Position numbers and translations under genes: made by a program. Below, piece by piece: positions 50,608-63,290 of a stretch of DNA of 64,000 nucleotides. The stretch lies in assembly GCA_024704765.1 (NCBI GenBank), contig JAKMXF010000028.1, positions 15,698-79,697 of the forward strand. The letters run 5' to 3'. This DNA is from Oopsacas minuta. Lineage: Eukaryota > Animalia > Porifera. The stretch's first letter is position 1; each line of letters starts with the position of its first letter. Below the pieces are notes generated by a model, which worked only from the letters and a program-made list of their open reading frames with translations, was not told the origin of the DNA and searched no databases.

Positions 50608-51129
50608 TATCTAATCTTTAGACAGTTTTTGACAGTATTTAACTTCTTTTCTACCCTGGATTTTATCTCTATTTAGTGGTGTTAAGTACTACCATATTTA
50701 GATATGTATATTTGTTCCCCAGATTTAGTGTCAGTATAGCATGGATGCTAATCCAATCCATCCAATCTAATGTTTTCCTTAACAATCCAATCGATATCGA
50801 GAATAGAGAATTTTATCGATTTTCATCACTACTTTCTCGATATTTTCATCAATATTTCCTTATTCCCATCGCCTTTTAGCGATTATTCAATATTTATCAT
50901 TTTCTTTCGATATCAATCTAGGATCGAGTAGGGATGTAAATGATATCTAATGATTCCATATCAATCGACGAGCCACTTAAATTCATCCAAATTTTGATCA
51001 ATTTTTTTATCAATATTTCTTGATATTTCTAATATATAATAGATAGATAGCCATTAGCCAACAATTTCAGGCTTAGGTATATTCTGTTTATACACCATGC
51101 AGTCAGAGTCGCTTATCGTAACCATTACG

Positions 51130-52225
51130 GGACGAAATCTGTTATACATAATAAAGAGACTTCATATTCAGCGAAATTATCCGCTAGCAGCACGCAGACG
51201 AGGTCTGTTGAAGATGACCAAGAGTGTGACTATTGTTCGGCAGAAGCTGCTTCATGTTCAATGCCATCAGAACTAAGTCAACTCTTTGTCACACTACATC
51301 TGTTTAACGAGCCAGCTGACTCATTGATTTTATGGAATAAACTTAAGGCGTCTTTGGCTAAAGGCTTTCTTTTCAGGGTTAGAGCTATTTCTCCTACCAT
51401 TGAATTGGACGACCATATCTTGAACAGTGCGTTGTTAGATATTGAGTACTGGATTGTAAACCAGGGGGAGTCTCTGTGTTACTTGTGAGGGATGCCATTC
51501 CCCTTTTATGGCAGTACTCCACATGATCAACCTAAAGTTATTCAGGATGAATTAGAGTTTGATGTGCCTCTACAACCGGGAATCTATTAGTCTGGGATGA
51601 AGTTCCAATGGTACACAAACATGTAGCGTATAAATCGTAGTTTGAGAGTTTTTTTTCCTGTGTGCTACCATTTGGGGGAAAGGTGATCCTATTTGGAGGA
51701 GACTTCCGCCAGATTCTCCCTGTAATTCGACATAGTACCGGAGCACAGGTGGTATCAGTCTGTATCAATATATCACCACTCTGGCATCATGTAAAAGTGA
51801 TGAAGTTGACTATAAACATGCTCTTATAGAGTTTGGACCAACAGAACTCAGTAGAAGTAAGCAATTTCTCAAATTTCTTACTCCGAGCCTTCAAAATCTT
51901 TTGGGAATCCTACAGGCACTGACTTAACACCTTAAGGTGAATGCTTCCATACTATTACTGTGTAGTCTCGATCCTATGTTAGCCATGTGTGCGATCATTC
52001 TCGCTTGACTATGTGAGCATTCTTAAACCATGTCATTGACGCATAAATCGCCATAGGCGTACATCGCGGTAAGTTAGTAGTTATCCCTCTTATAATGATG
52101 ATGCCTCCGAGACAAAATTACCTTTTATCCTCAAAAGGAAGTAATTCCTAATTCGCCCTGCCATCTGTATCACCACCAATAAAGGCCAGGATCAAAGTTT
52201 GGAATCTATAGGGTTACCCTTTAAA
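51130..52225 (+). mobile_element. Helitron Rep/PIF1-helicase remnant
   Basis: RRGL.EDDQE..C.AEAA..SMPSELSQLFVTLHLF, LVWDEVPM, PFGGKVILFGGDFRQILPVI, LW.HV..MKLT.NM and LPFILKRK.F.IR...ITTNKGQ; stops and deletions; ends approximate. Confidence 0.85.
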
Positions 52226-52409
52226 TGAACATAAATGTTAACTTAAGACTTTTGAAACACCCTGTACTATTATTCAATAGATATTAGTTTATCACAGATT
52301 TAATTGAAACTAATTTTTTACAGAACCATACTGTTTGTAACCAATTCAATGTTAAGTTATATTTAATATTTTCTAGTATTTTATTTTCAGATTTTTCGCG
52401 ATTTTTATA

Positions 52410-53653
52410 ATGGCAAGTGTTAGCACCGCTCAATTTGATGAGAGTTTTCCCTCTCAGGTAGAGAGAGTCCGCAGAGAAATCACGGAGAAATTCATTAGGG
52501 CACACAGGTTCTGGAAGACAGAGAGAGAGACCTCTTAACAGAATTACAACACTTATTAGATGATTATACTGGAGAGGGAATAGAAGAGGAAAGGAAACAA
52601 ATGGTGACCTCCAAAGAACTGTTGTCTGCTCTAAAAGGGAACACAGGGAAAGATGTTCTAGATCAGAGTGTTGCTCTCATGGATGAAAGAATTAAAGAGT
52701 TGGAGAGCAAACTCGATACAATTCGTCTTACCCATAAAAACGTGGGTTTGGAATGGGATGAGTTGCTGGAGAAGAAACTTGGAGAAATTGGTAGATTACT
52801 ACTTAATCTCAGGAAGAGCAAGACACCAGACTACAAGAATATGTCTCAACCTATAGAGGTGTTTGGGAGAAATAGTACAAAGGACGAATCATCTGGTGTG
52901 TTTTATTATGCTAGTAGTATAGCTATAGATCCTGTGACTAACTATATCTACATATGTGATTATGGATGGAATAGAGTACAGGTATTTCATAGTTCTTATG
53001 ATTTTGTATTCTTATTCGATCACAAGATGGATGGCCCAGCTGATGTATGTATAGCACAACACAAGGTATATGTAACACAGTATCGTAGCTGTTGTATGAA
53101 CGTATATTCTATGAGAGGGCAATTATTGCATTCTGTCGGTGGTAAAGGAAAGAATGAATTAGGATTTGACGGTCCATTTGGTGTAGATATCTCTATTGAT
53201 AAGAATAGCATTTATATTACGGAATTCAATAATAATAGAGTTCAATGCTTGAACTTAGATCTGTCATTTAATTCTTTCATTCTTGATATTTATGGTGCTA
53301 GAGATGTTAAGCTAACTTCTACTGAGGTTGTTGTTCTGCGTATTAGTGATCCTTGCTTGATTATATATAATTATGCTCACGAATCAATTCGTCATATGAT
53401 TACTAAAGGAGTAGGGAAACTAGTAATAAATCCAGCTCGTTTATTCGTTGATGAATCTGGTAATATTCTTATTCCTGACTGTGATGCTCATTGTTTATGT
53501 GTGTTTTCACATGAAGGGGAATTACTACACAAGATAGGAAAGGAAGGACAAGAGAGAGGAGAGTTTATCCAACCCACAGGAGTATGTATTAATCGGGAAG
53601 GGAGGCTTCTAGTATCATCTGATAATCCCAATCATGCTATACAGTTATTCTAG
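52410..53653 (+). pseudogene. Coiled-coil + NHL protein, copy 3; one-base deletion near 52506 (or assembly error); propeller ORF 52601..53653 intact
   Basis: 1244 nt from ATG to stop versus 1245 in copies 1 and 2; GCACACAGGTT versus GCACACAAGGTT. Confidence 0.85.
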
Positions 53654-53872
53654 TAACTCTTTAACTTTCTCCTTGTAGCTATTTCTTGTGACAAACCTAT
53701 CTATTCTGTTATATAATTATCTCAGATTACTACTGTGATAATTCAATTTTGTACAGAACTAGACGTGTATTGTGTTTTATGCTCTTTGTATTATTAATTA
53801 ACTTTGCTTCATATGTTAATATCGTTTTTGTGTGGTAACAGCCCCAATGAGTGGGGCGGAAGGCCTGTTGGC

Positions 53873-54693
53873 CTGGACCTCAAGTTCCAAGATACCTCAG
53901 TGAATATTTCAACGAATAATTTAATACTCATCACTATATGAATTGAATATCATTATGTACTCATTTTGGGCATGATAGCTGACTGGCTCTGACCTTTTGG
54001 TGGGAAATCCTATTCCCTCAAATATCAGCCCTCTTTTCCAATAATCCTTACTAAGGAATGGAATTAATACCAAAAAGCTAATTAGAACAACTGCTGATAC
54101 GTTTGAGAACTAATTTCATAAAGTATCATAATCATATGATACTTAACCTGACGCATATATATATATATATTGTCAGGGTTGTAGGAAGTAGTGCTGCTTT
54201 AGACTGCACCACTTGACACCTTCCTAAACATTGTTTGCTATATCGGTGATTGACCTACAGAGCAACTACACTTTCATTCTCTTACAGCAAAGGCCGTTGG
54301 ACTTTCCGGGCATACTGACAGCCCTGAATAAAGTGTAGCTAGTTGTTAGGTAAGTAGCATCCCGATCTCTTTCTCGATCATCACTTGAAATGTATCACCA
54401 ACCCAATCATTATCTTTTGCGGTCATTGTCATATGTCTAGTTTTATGATATCGGCGAGGATTATTTTGTACTGAAATCGACTGAATAATATTCGAATATG
54501 CACCTAATTAGATTTCAGGGCCTTAGGAGTCGGTACAGAAGGTGCGTCCCTTGCGCTCGCCGCACCAATATTTGGCAATTTCTGTTAATACGTATAGTTA
54601 GATATGATTAATACCACACCATATACGTAGTTATCAAAATCGAAGTTCACAAATATTCCCAAATATGGTTGCGTTTGGTTGGCCAATCAAACC
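53873..54693 (+). repeat. Direct duplication, copy A (copy B 61259..62592)
   Basis: Colinear similarity from CTGGACCTCAAG to GGCCAATCAAACC; copy B carries an extra MITE. Confidence 0.88.
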
Positions 54694-54773
54694 ACGGATG
54701 AAATTATGAAAAGAGACCTTTGAGTTTATATACTACAGTGTAACCTACATAACTTACATACTTGTCAACCCTC

Positions 54774-55220
54774 CAGTGCTGCCAAGTCTCCCTGAATTTC
54801 CGTACACTAAGTAAATTTGACTGCTATCTAAGTATCTACGTATGAAGACTTATTTCTATGTATTTCTAGCGAATTCCATCTACGTGTAATACTTTTTGTT
54901 AACGATGAAAGTCAATATTCAGAATTCCTAAACATTTGTACATACCTCATAAATGTACGAGAAAATTATTTTCTCAAAGTATGCACGATCATACAATATC
55001 GTACTTTGATAGCTTATTGCATGCTGATAGTGTTTATAGCTTATTGTATAACTACGCTACTGCGTCCATATATCTACATTTATTAATGATTATTGACCAA
55101 AAGTTGTTAGGCATTTGTAAAAGCAAATTCAGGCATGTTGGGGGTCATTAAGGGATTTTAAAATGCTCCGTAAAAACTTGGTTTCCACATAAATTTTTCT
55201 GAATCCACTTGGCAGCACTG
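54774..55220. mobile_element. MITE, 447 bp
   Basis: Perfect 14-bp TIR CAGTGCTGCCAAGT, 8-bp TSD CAACCCTC. Confidence 0.92.
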
Positions 55221-55663
55221 CAACCCTCCAGGGATCCCCGAATTATTTCGGGATTTCACCTACGATCGAGTTAGTCATCGAGTTGAAAGTAGAAGGCTCT
55301 CAGAGAGAGCATATCATTCCAAATATCAAATTCTATGGTGCTAATAGGACATAAAATGTAAACACTAACTGATAACTAATAATTATCTAATACTCCATAA
55401 AATGGCTGAATTATTTAATAATTAGTTACTAATGTGTATCTATACTAAAGTGCTATGTCATATATTTCACCACATGCTCTGAGTACTTTTACATACCTCA
55501 AGTTATTTGAATTATTATTCACTTGTATATTGATATACATACAAGTGTAGACCACGACACAACCTATGTTGTCTGTATCAATTACCAACTCGCTGTACAT
55601 CTTCTGACCCATTTTTCACTAGTTCAATTATTATTTAGCGATATTTCCTTACTCCTTTGCAAT

Positions 55664-57540
55664 ATGCCTAATAGGTGTAGTATGGCCAACTGCTCCTCCA
55701 ATTATGACGGAACTAATTATACTCCAGTGTTTGAAATGGCGAATCATTGGTCAAAAGAATTGCCGGATGAATGGCGAAGATTTCTCCACAGAGATGATGC
55801 ATGAGAATTGGCAAAAGTCTTCTTCTGTTCGAAACATTTCAATGACGATGACGTGTTACTTCACTTCGATATTCTTATGGGTTTCAAGAAAGTCTGTTCT
55901 TATGAAAAATGCCGAGCCCGTCAATCTACCTAGCTGCCCTTCTTATTTACAAGGATCTTCTAAACAACCTGATCATTCGTAACGAAATGAAATTGATATC
56001 CGACATTTTCGTCATACTCTTGAGTTGAGTCGTGCTCAACAGAAAAACAAAACGATAGCTATCCTGTTTCTTATATTGATGACATCCAGCTAAAGTATAC
56101 GACAATTAACTTAACTGAAAAGTGGACTTATATTCGCTCAAGTCAGTGTACATTGCATATTTTCAAGAAGGTACTATCTGGATTGCTATTGACTATATCT
56201 CATCAGATCTGTATTGATGATGCTTTATTTGTGAGGTGTTTAGTAAATGAAGTTGAAGTTCCAACCATAATCACTTGCCTTTCTGATATTCGTCAAATTT
56301 ATCAGTTAACTCAAAAGCTTGACACACATGAACAAGATAATGTTGAGATTGGTATCAATACTGCTATTCATTCGGTTAGATCTACCATAGAAACATTTAG
56401 AATTTGTGAAGAAGATTCAGATTGCATGAAAACTTTCAATCGACTTCAATTTATGTCTCTCATTACCAGATTTTGTAAGATGTGTAACAATCATATTCCA
56501 GGGAAAGATATTCTACTACACTACCCTAATTCAAATGTTTTCCAGCTTGAAGATGATCGTTGTGTTCTTTTCAAAGCGTGTATCTTGGCTTCAGGATTGG
56601 AAGAGCTATAATTGTAGTGGTAGAGCTGGAAACTTCGTTCACAAACATTTACCAACTTAATTCACACTTGTCAAGTTATACTAAGAATCATTAATCATTT
56701 AAAAAGCAGTGATTGTGGATTTTCTTGGGTTTTGACAGGATTTCTACAAACGATCCTCTTGAAAAACACTGGGATTTACAGATTAATGTCTAGCTGTAAT
56801 TACGCCATTTCTGTCTGCCAAATACTTGGGAATGAACGTAGAATTAAAGTATTTAACATCTTAAAGTTATACAGAGCTCAAAACAGCAAATTTGAAACTT
56901 TGGTAAAGGAATTTGTTAAGACTTTCTCATATAACAATGAACCTGATAACACTGAAATACTCCAAACAAACAGACCTGAGCATATGCTCTTTTCTTTTCC
57001 TTCAGAATTTTGATTTTTCACCGATGACAGAAGTTCGCCAGTCCTTGGCTTTCATTGCTGGATATGTTATACAAAGTATTTGCAAATCAAAATTGTATTC
57101 ATAGAAAGCTTTCTCCAATCCACCACTTCATTATGTAATAGTTGTGTATCTTTGCTCACATACAATCAAACCTTTGCCTGGAGAGTGAAGATTCTGACTT
57201 GAATCTAATACACTTAGCTGACCGAAGAGGGCTTAAATATCCTTCAGATGAAGTTGTCAATGCTGTAATAACTCTGTGGAAAATCCTATATAGAATCGGA
57301 CAGGACAATCGAGTGATGAGACAATTTCTTGCTGGTACCAGTAAACTATTCTTATCCAACTCTCAATTTCGAGGATAGAATTTGAGAATTTTGATTCTGG
57401 AGATTTGAGTGCCATAGTTGTCAAACACCATTCCATTGTTATCTCAGCGAAATACTATCTACCACCAGCAATTGTTTAACGAAGAATAAAGTTCGCAATC
57501 TAAACTCGAAAAGGAACTTGAAAATGTCGCAGTGAATTAA
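55664..57540 (+). mobile_element. THAP-domain P-element-like transposase pseudogene
   Basis: MPNRCSMANC...W...CSKHF THAP finger; TNDPLEKH.G.YRLMSSCNY, LAFIAGYV and RRGLKYPS C-terminal motifs; many stops and frameshifts. Confidence 0.75.
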
Positions 57541-58832
57541 AGAGGAAACTACCAAAGTTACAGTCTGACTAGTGTTCGTATTTTCTAGTACATATATTCA
57601 TTATTTTCATTTACAGTTTGTCTTTAGTTGTAGTAGTTATAGTGATAATACTCGTCACCACTACCCACCTCTACTGTATAATGTTTCTTGTATAATTAAT
57701 GTCATTTCATTATCTATCGCTATTGTTGATATTTTGGATTGAAAGACTTGAAGTACTCCATAGACCGTAATCGGTGTATATATAATCTAGAAGAAGGCTG
57801 CTGAGCTTCAGGCAGGTCAGGACTCTAATTTAAGTTTAGCTCGTGCTACCGCTCTATCCTCATGTCCTCACTCACGTACTCGAGTTAAGAAGAAGAAAAT
57901 TACCAGCAATAAACTGACTAAACACAAACTCACAAACACAAAATCTCGTGATCATTACAGAGTTCAGCTTAAAGATATTCCATTCGTGGTTGGGACTTCT
58001 ACAAGTCAATCTCACTCTGTTGCAGCAAACTACCAACAGCTGATCGCTCTCTTGAAGAGTCATAACACAGCTGTTTGTGGGAGAGGATCACATGGACCTG
58101 GAGGGAAGGAAGTGAGTGAAAGGAATAGAAGTGTAGGCGAATGTCTACCCAAAGAGGATTCTTAAAAGTATGTTACTGTATTTACACATGTTATTTGGAG
58201 AGCGCTCCTTCTCACTAATATTACTACGTCTAATTCAGTAGATTAGTGTTACTGTATAGGAAAGATGACAAAGATCCTCCATTTTCACACCTGATATATT
58301 TTCGTCTAAAATTAATCATCAGTGATTGCTAGAAAAGATCACTCCGGAAATAATTGTATTTCCACCCAAAATGGTACCAATTTAGGAATAATACACTCTT
58401 ATGACAAATATTGTAAAGTTCTTACATGTATGAGACTGGGGCCTTATTAACTAATATTCTAAGAATTATTCTTAACTGAATTCTAAGTGTATTTCTAAGA
58501 ATAATTCTAAGAATTCATGAAATATTCTTAGTTTTCGTTAAGAATTCTTAACTTGGCTATACTTAACGGATTCTAAGAATAATTCTTAGAATTAAGCAAT
58601 TCTAAGAAAATTCTTAGAATTGGGTAATTCTACTTGACTGATTCTTGTTATTGATTAATAAAATTTATGCCAATTCATTCGGCTTCAATCGCTTTTTGAG
58701 AAGATATGCACATAGTAGAAAATAAAATCCTTCTACTTGTATACTTCATTTATCATTAATGAGATGAATTGCCCCACCCAATAGATAAGGATATTCATTG
58801 CATTTCTCATTTGTGTACTATTGTATAAACTC

Positions 58833-59897
58833 ATGGCCTCGCTTTTTGTTCTTTTGGAGCTGGAAATAGGCAGTTTACGACGCCAGAGAATATTTCGTGA
58901 CAGGTTAAACCCTCTTGATGCGTACACAGATGTAGAGTTTATTTCTCGTTATAGAATCAGAAGAGAAATGTTCTTAGAATTGCATGATAAAATTGAGGCT
59001 TTCATGTCTCGATCTACAAGCCGATCTCATTCACTTTCGGTGACAACTCAATTAACGGTCACTCTTCGGTTTCTAGCTACGGGTAGTTTCCAAACTGTGG
59101 TTGCATCAGCTCATGGAATTTCCCAGCCCTCTGTGTCCAACTGTGTTAGAGGTGTAACAGATGGATTGTGCTCAATTGCGAAAGACTATATACAGTTTCC
59201 AACTGCTGCTAGACAGATGAGCATGCAGCATGGATTTATGGAAAAGTTCGGGTTTCCTAAAGTATTAGGTTGCATAGACGGCACACACATCCCAATTGTT
59301 GCACCTAGCACCAACGAAGCAATTTATGTTAATCGTAAAAGTTTTCATTCAATTAACGTCCAAGCGATATGTGACGATATATTCAAGTTTATTGATGTAG
59401 TTGTGAAGTGGCCAGGCAGCACACATGACGCGTTCATATGGAGGCAATCAGGAATCAATCTTAAGATCGCCAGTAAAGAAATTCCAATTCTTGATGGGTG
59501 GTTTCTTGGCGATAGTGGTTATCCGTTGCGCCCAAATTTAATGACTCCATTACTATCTCCTGTTACACCTCGCGATAGAAGGTATAATCGTGCTTTCCTG
59601 AAGACCCGAAAGACAATTGAATGTACCTTTGGAATATGGAAGAGCAGATGGAGATCAATGGACAAGACTGGTGGTAGTTTGTGCTATAGCCCAGAGAGGG
59701 TTTGCAAACTAATCTTATCTTCCATGATACTTCATAATTTTTGTGTTGTTTGCGATCTTCAAATTGATATTGAAAACCTGGAAAGCGACATGCCCTACAC
59801 CGAAACAGACGACACTGAACATTCAGATAATGGGATTTTAGTTCTAGAAAATATAACTATAAATTATTCACATGATATAGGAAGTTTAATTAATTAA
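58833..59897 (+). CDS. Harbinger DDE transposase (HARBI1-like), intact ORF
   Basis: GCIDGTHIP, WPGSTHDA, LGDSGYP, IECTFGIWKSRW. Confidence 0.93.
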   Translation: MASLFVLLELEIGSLRRQRIFRDRLNPLDAYTDVEFISRYRIRREMFLELHDKIEAFMSRSTSRSHSLSVTTQLTVTLRFLATGSFQTVVASAHGISQPSVSNCVRGVTDGLCSIAKDYIQFPTAARQMSMQHGFMEKFGFPKVLGCIDGTHIPIVAPSTNEAIYVNRKSFHSINVQAICDDIFKFIDVVVKWPGSTHDAFIWRQSGINLKIASKEIPILDGWFLGDSGYPLRPNLMTPLLSPVTPRDRRYNRAFLKTRKTIECTFGIWKSRWRSMDKTGGSLCYSPERVCKLILSSMILHNFCVVCDLQIDIENLESDMPYTETDDTEHSDNGILVLENITINYSHDIGSLIN

Positions 59898-59950
59898 CTG
59901 AGCACATGAATGAATTAGGCTCTGATTTACTTATAACATAATTATCTTAA

Positions 59951-60741
59951 TTAAGGATTCCTAATCTTGACTTTGAAAGTAATGAGGCAATGAAGACAAA
60001 TTGGAAGTAGGAAATGGAGGGGCAATGTCTGAAAATGCGGCAGACGAGGCATAGTTTGAGCCATCAGAAGAGAAAGTGTCTTTGATTGGTCCGCTGCTGT
60101 ATGTTGCAAAATCTGGATCACTCGATCGAATTTACTCTCAAGCCGATCTAGCTTAGAATCAATGTTAGTCAAAATCTCTAATTTCTTATCTTCTTTCTCT
60201 AAAATTGCACGTTTGGTCGATTCCAATTCGTCATTTTGCAAACGATGACGTTTTCTTGGGGCTGGTTGGAAAAACTTTATTTGGTCAATATCTGCAGAGG
60301 GAACTGGGCTTATCAGCATCCTTTCAGTTTCATCATTTGCACATTGAGATTCAAGAGAGAGATCGATACCCGATTCAATGCCTTCAAAAGCTTCCTTCCC
60401 TTTGATGCTACTGATTTTAGCTTCTTTTTCATCTAAATCAGCATCTGCAGGACCTCCTCCAGTTTTTCTTGCTGATGCTAACTTATCTGCAATACGAGGC
60501 TTATGTTTTGTTAGTATATTATACCATTTTTCATGACATCATCTCTTGTTCTTACATTCCCATGTAATTCAGACAGTCTCCCTGAAATTTCTTCCCAGAT
60601 TTTGTTCTTATCATCGAAAGTCAGAGTTGATGTTAGAGTGCCGAACAATTTCGATTTTTGATCATGAATGAGATTCACAAGTGACATTATCTCCTCCTGA
60701 GTAAAATTCTTTGAACGAGTTTTCGATTTTTCAGTGGTCAT
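59951..60741 (-). CDS. Harbinger Myb/SANT-like DNA-binding protein; one apparent frameshift at ~60530
   Basis: RSKNFTQEE...KNKIWEEI...RT; adding one A to the run at 60527..60531 gives KKWYN...ARKTGGGP continuing into ORF 59951..60319. Confidence 0.85.
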
Positions 60742-61258
60742 AATGAGAGCGATTGTTAAGATATTATCATAATTAGTCAACATTTTATTATTATTTATAC
60801 TTATCACTAAAGATGATAATATACGTAAATGGATAAAATTGCATAGATTGTGTATATTTTTGCAGGACGTCACTCAAATGACATTGACTTTATTTACCTT
60901 AGTTTAGATACAACACTATTATGTTTCAAAATATATGAGGTATAATTACATAAATACATTTATTGATGTCATAATACAATTCAGAGTGACGTCAAGAAAT
61001 AGTATCTAAATATAGTTGGTATGTAATCCGACTATAACATGTGGATATGATAATCAAACATATTGTCTTAAGCGATAAACAATCTTCTTTGTAAATAAAT
61101 GCGTATTTATTATAATTTCATAGAAAAGTAGAATTAATTATAAGTTAAGTGTCCTCTTTACCTCACTAAATATTTTTCTTAGAATTATTCTAAGAATTTG
61201 ACTTAAAGTTAAGCAAAATTCTAAGAATTTGACTTAAGAATTTTAGTTAATAAGGCCC

Positions 61259-62592
61259 CTGGACCTCAAGCTCCAAGATGCCTCAGTGAATATTTCAACT
61301 AGGGTTGCCAGATTTTCATAAGACCAAACCCGGACATAATTTTGGTTTCCAATATTAACCAGATTTGCTTCCTATTCGACAAAAAATTTTAAGGGATAGG
61401 ATTAACACATCAAACATAGTGCGTAACTAAACTAGCTTACTCAGGGTGCAGAATAAGTGGGGAGATGGCAAAGCGAGGGAGAGTTGGAATAAACGGGACC
61501 GCATATTGAATATCCTCGAGTAGACAGTAGTATACAAGATTTGAAATATTATATGGATCTGAGGCAGTTATTTGTATAAATCCAAGTAATACCAAATTCA
61601 TGGGTGAAAAATAATTTACTAGACAGTAGAAACTGGAAAATCATATTTCAATTCCATACAAGTATTTATAGATTACTATAGATCTGAGTTGTCAGACAAG
61701 GAATACTGGACCATGTGTCCTGTACGTACGAATAACTAGTAACTAGGAACATAATTTTGTAATAATGAGAAGTCAAAATCCTCCAAACCCGGACGTCTGG
61801 CAACCCTAATTTCAACGAATAATTTATTACTCACCACTATATGAATTGAATATCATTATGTACTCATTTTGGGTATGATAGCTGACTGGCTCTAGCCTTT
61901 TGGTGGCAAAATCCTATTCCCTCAAATATCATCCCCCTTTTCCAATAATTTTTACTAAGGAGTGTAGTTAGCACCAAAGAGCTAATTTGAACAACTGCTA
62001 CGTTTGAGAGCTAATTTCTTAATGTATCATAGTTATATAATACTTAACCTGTCGCATATATCTATATTGTTAAGGTTGTAGGAAGTAGTGCTGTTTTAGA
62101 CTGCCCCACTTGATACCTTCCTAAAGTGTTAGCTGTATCGGTGATTGACCTACAGAGCAACTCTACTTTGATTCTCTAACAGCCAAGGCTGTGATACTGT
62201 TCCGGGCATGCCGACGGCCTTGAATACAGTGTAGCCATTCGATTAGGTAAATGGCATCCCTATCTCTATCTCGATCATCACTTGAAATGTATCACCGATC
62301 CAATCATTATCTTTTGTGGTCATTGTCATTTTCCTATGTCTAGTTTTATGATATCGGCGATGATTATTTTGTACAGAAATCGACTGTATAATATTCGAGC
62401 ATGCACCTAATTCGATTTCTTGGCTTTAGGAGTCGGTACAGAAGGTGCGTCCCTTGTACTCGCTGCACCAATAATTGGCAGTTTCTGTTAATACGTATAG
62501 TTAGATGTGATTAATACCACACCATATAGTTGTCAAAATCGAAGTTCACAAATATTCCCAAATATGGTTGCGTTCGGTTGGCCAATCAAACC
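61259..62592 (+). repeat. Direct duplication, copy B
   Basis: See copy A; starts exactly at the Harbinger right end. Confidence 0.88.
61300..61808. mobile_element. hAT-type MITE, 509 bp
   Basis: TIR TAGGGTTGCCAG, 8-bp TSD ATTTCAAC; empty site in copy A near 53905. Confidence 0.93.
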
Positions 62593-63125
62593 GCTGATAT
62601 TTCCCGCAGGCTATAACTCCTACAATTTGTATTATTCTCGGCTGAATTTTTGGCTACTGGGGTTTTAACTAAAGGCAATTTATTTTGGCATGTCAGATTT
62701 TGAGAATGAGTTATCATTTGAAATCATGACGTCATATTTAATTTCCAAAAATATTCAAATTTCTTTCATTTCTTATAATTCATGACTATATAAGATATTC
62801 TTAATAGTATCTTGTTTCAATAACGATTACTAGTAACTAGGCAACGCATTAGTTATTGAAGAATTGTATCACAATTTTGTAAGAAACATAATACTGTGAT
62901 TCGGATATGTTGTTTAGGAATGTGATATATGATGCAATATACAAATCCATTTATATTTAAACCTAAATAATGTATATCAAATTATTTCACATAATTATTA
63001 TCATACAAAACTGTAGAATGTCACTTACACTTAATGAAGTATGAAATATTTCTGGATACTAAACAGAGCAATCGAAATGCTAAAGTAGATGTCAATTTGG
63101 CATGTAGAATAATTGGAGAAACTAG

Positions 63126-63290
63126 CAGGATTGCCTTGGGAAAGGAATTTCAATTCCCATTCCCACAGGATTTCTATGGGAATCCAATGGGAATTCTCAT
63201 AGGATTTCTTAACAAATTTCAGAATTCCCATGGGAATTCCCATAGGATAACTACGATTCCCATTCCCATCCCATTCCCACGGCAACCCTG
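63126..63290. mobile_element. MITE with ATGGGAAT/ATTCCCAT sub-repeats
   Basis: CAGGATTGCC ... GGCAACCCTG termini; TSD degenerate. Confidence 0.65.

Larger units (their letters stand above)
58439..61258. mobile_element. PIF/Harbinger transposon, 2820 bp
   Basis: 16-bp perfect TIR GGGCCTTATTAACTAA, 3-bp TSD CTG, convergent transposase and Myb genes. Confidence 0.95.

Noticed and set aside
53841-53876. Helitron 3' end (GCCCCA-ATGAG-TGGGGC hairpin, then CTGG)
   Set aside because: Short stem, 15-nt gap and no following T; too weak to define an element end.
53873-62592. Direct repeats as an LTR pair
   Set aside because: No TG...CA termini, PBS, PPT or gag-pol between them; the interior is P-like and Harbinger DNA.
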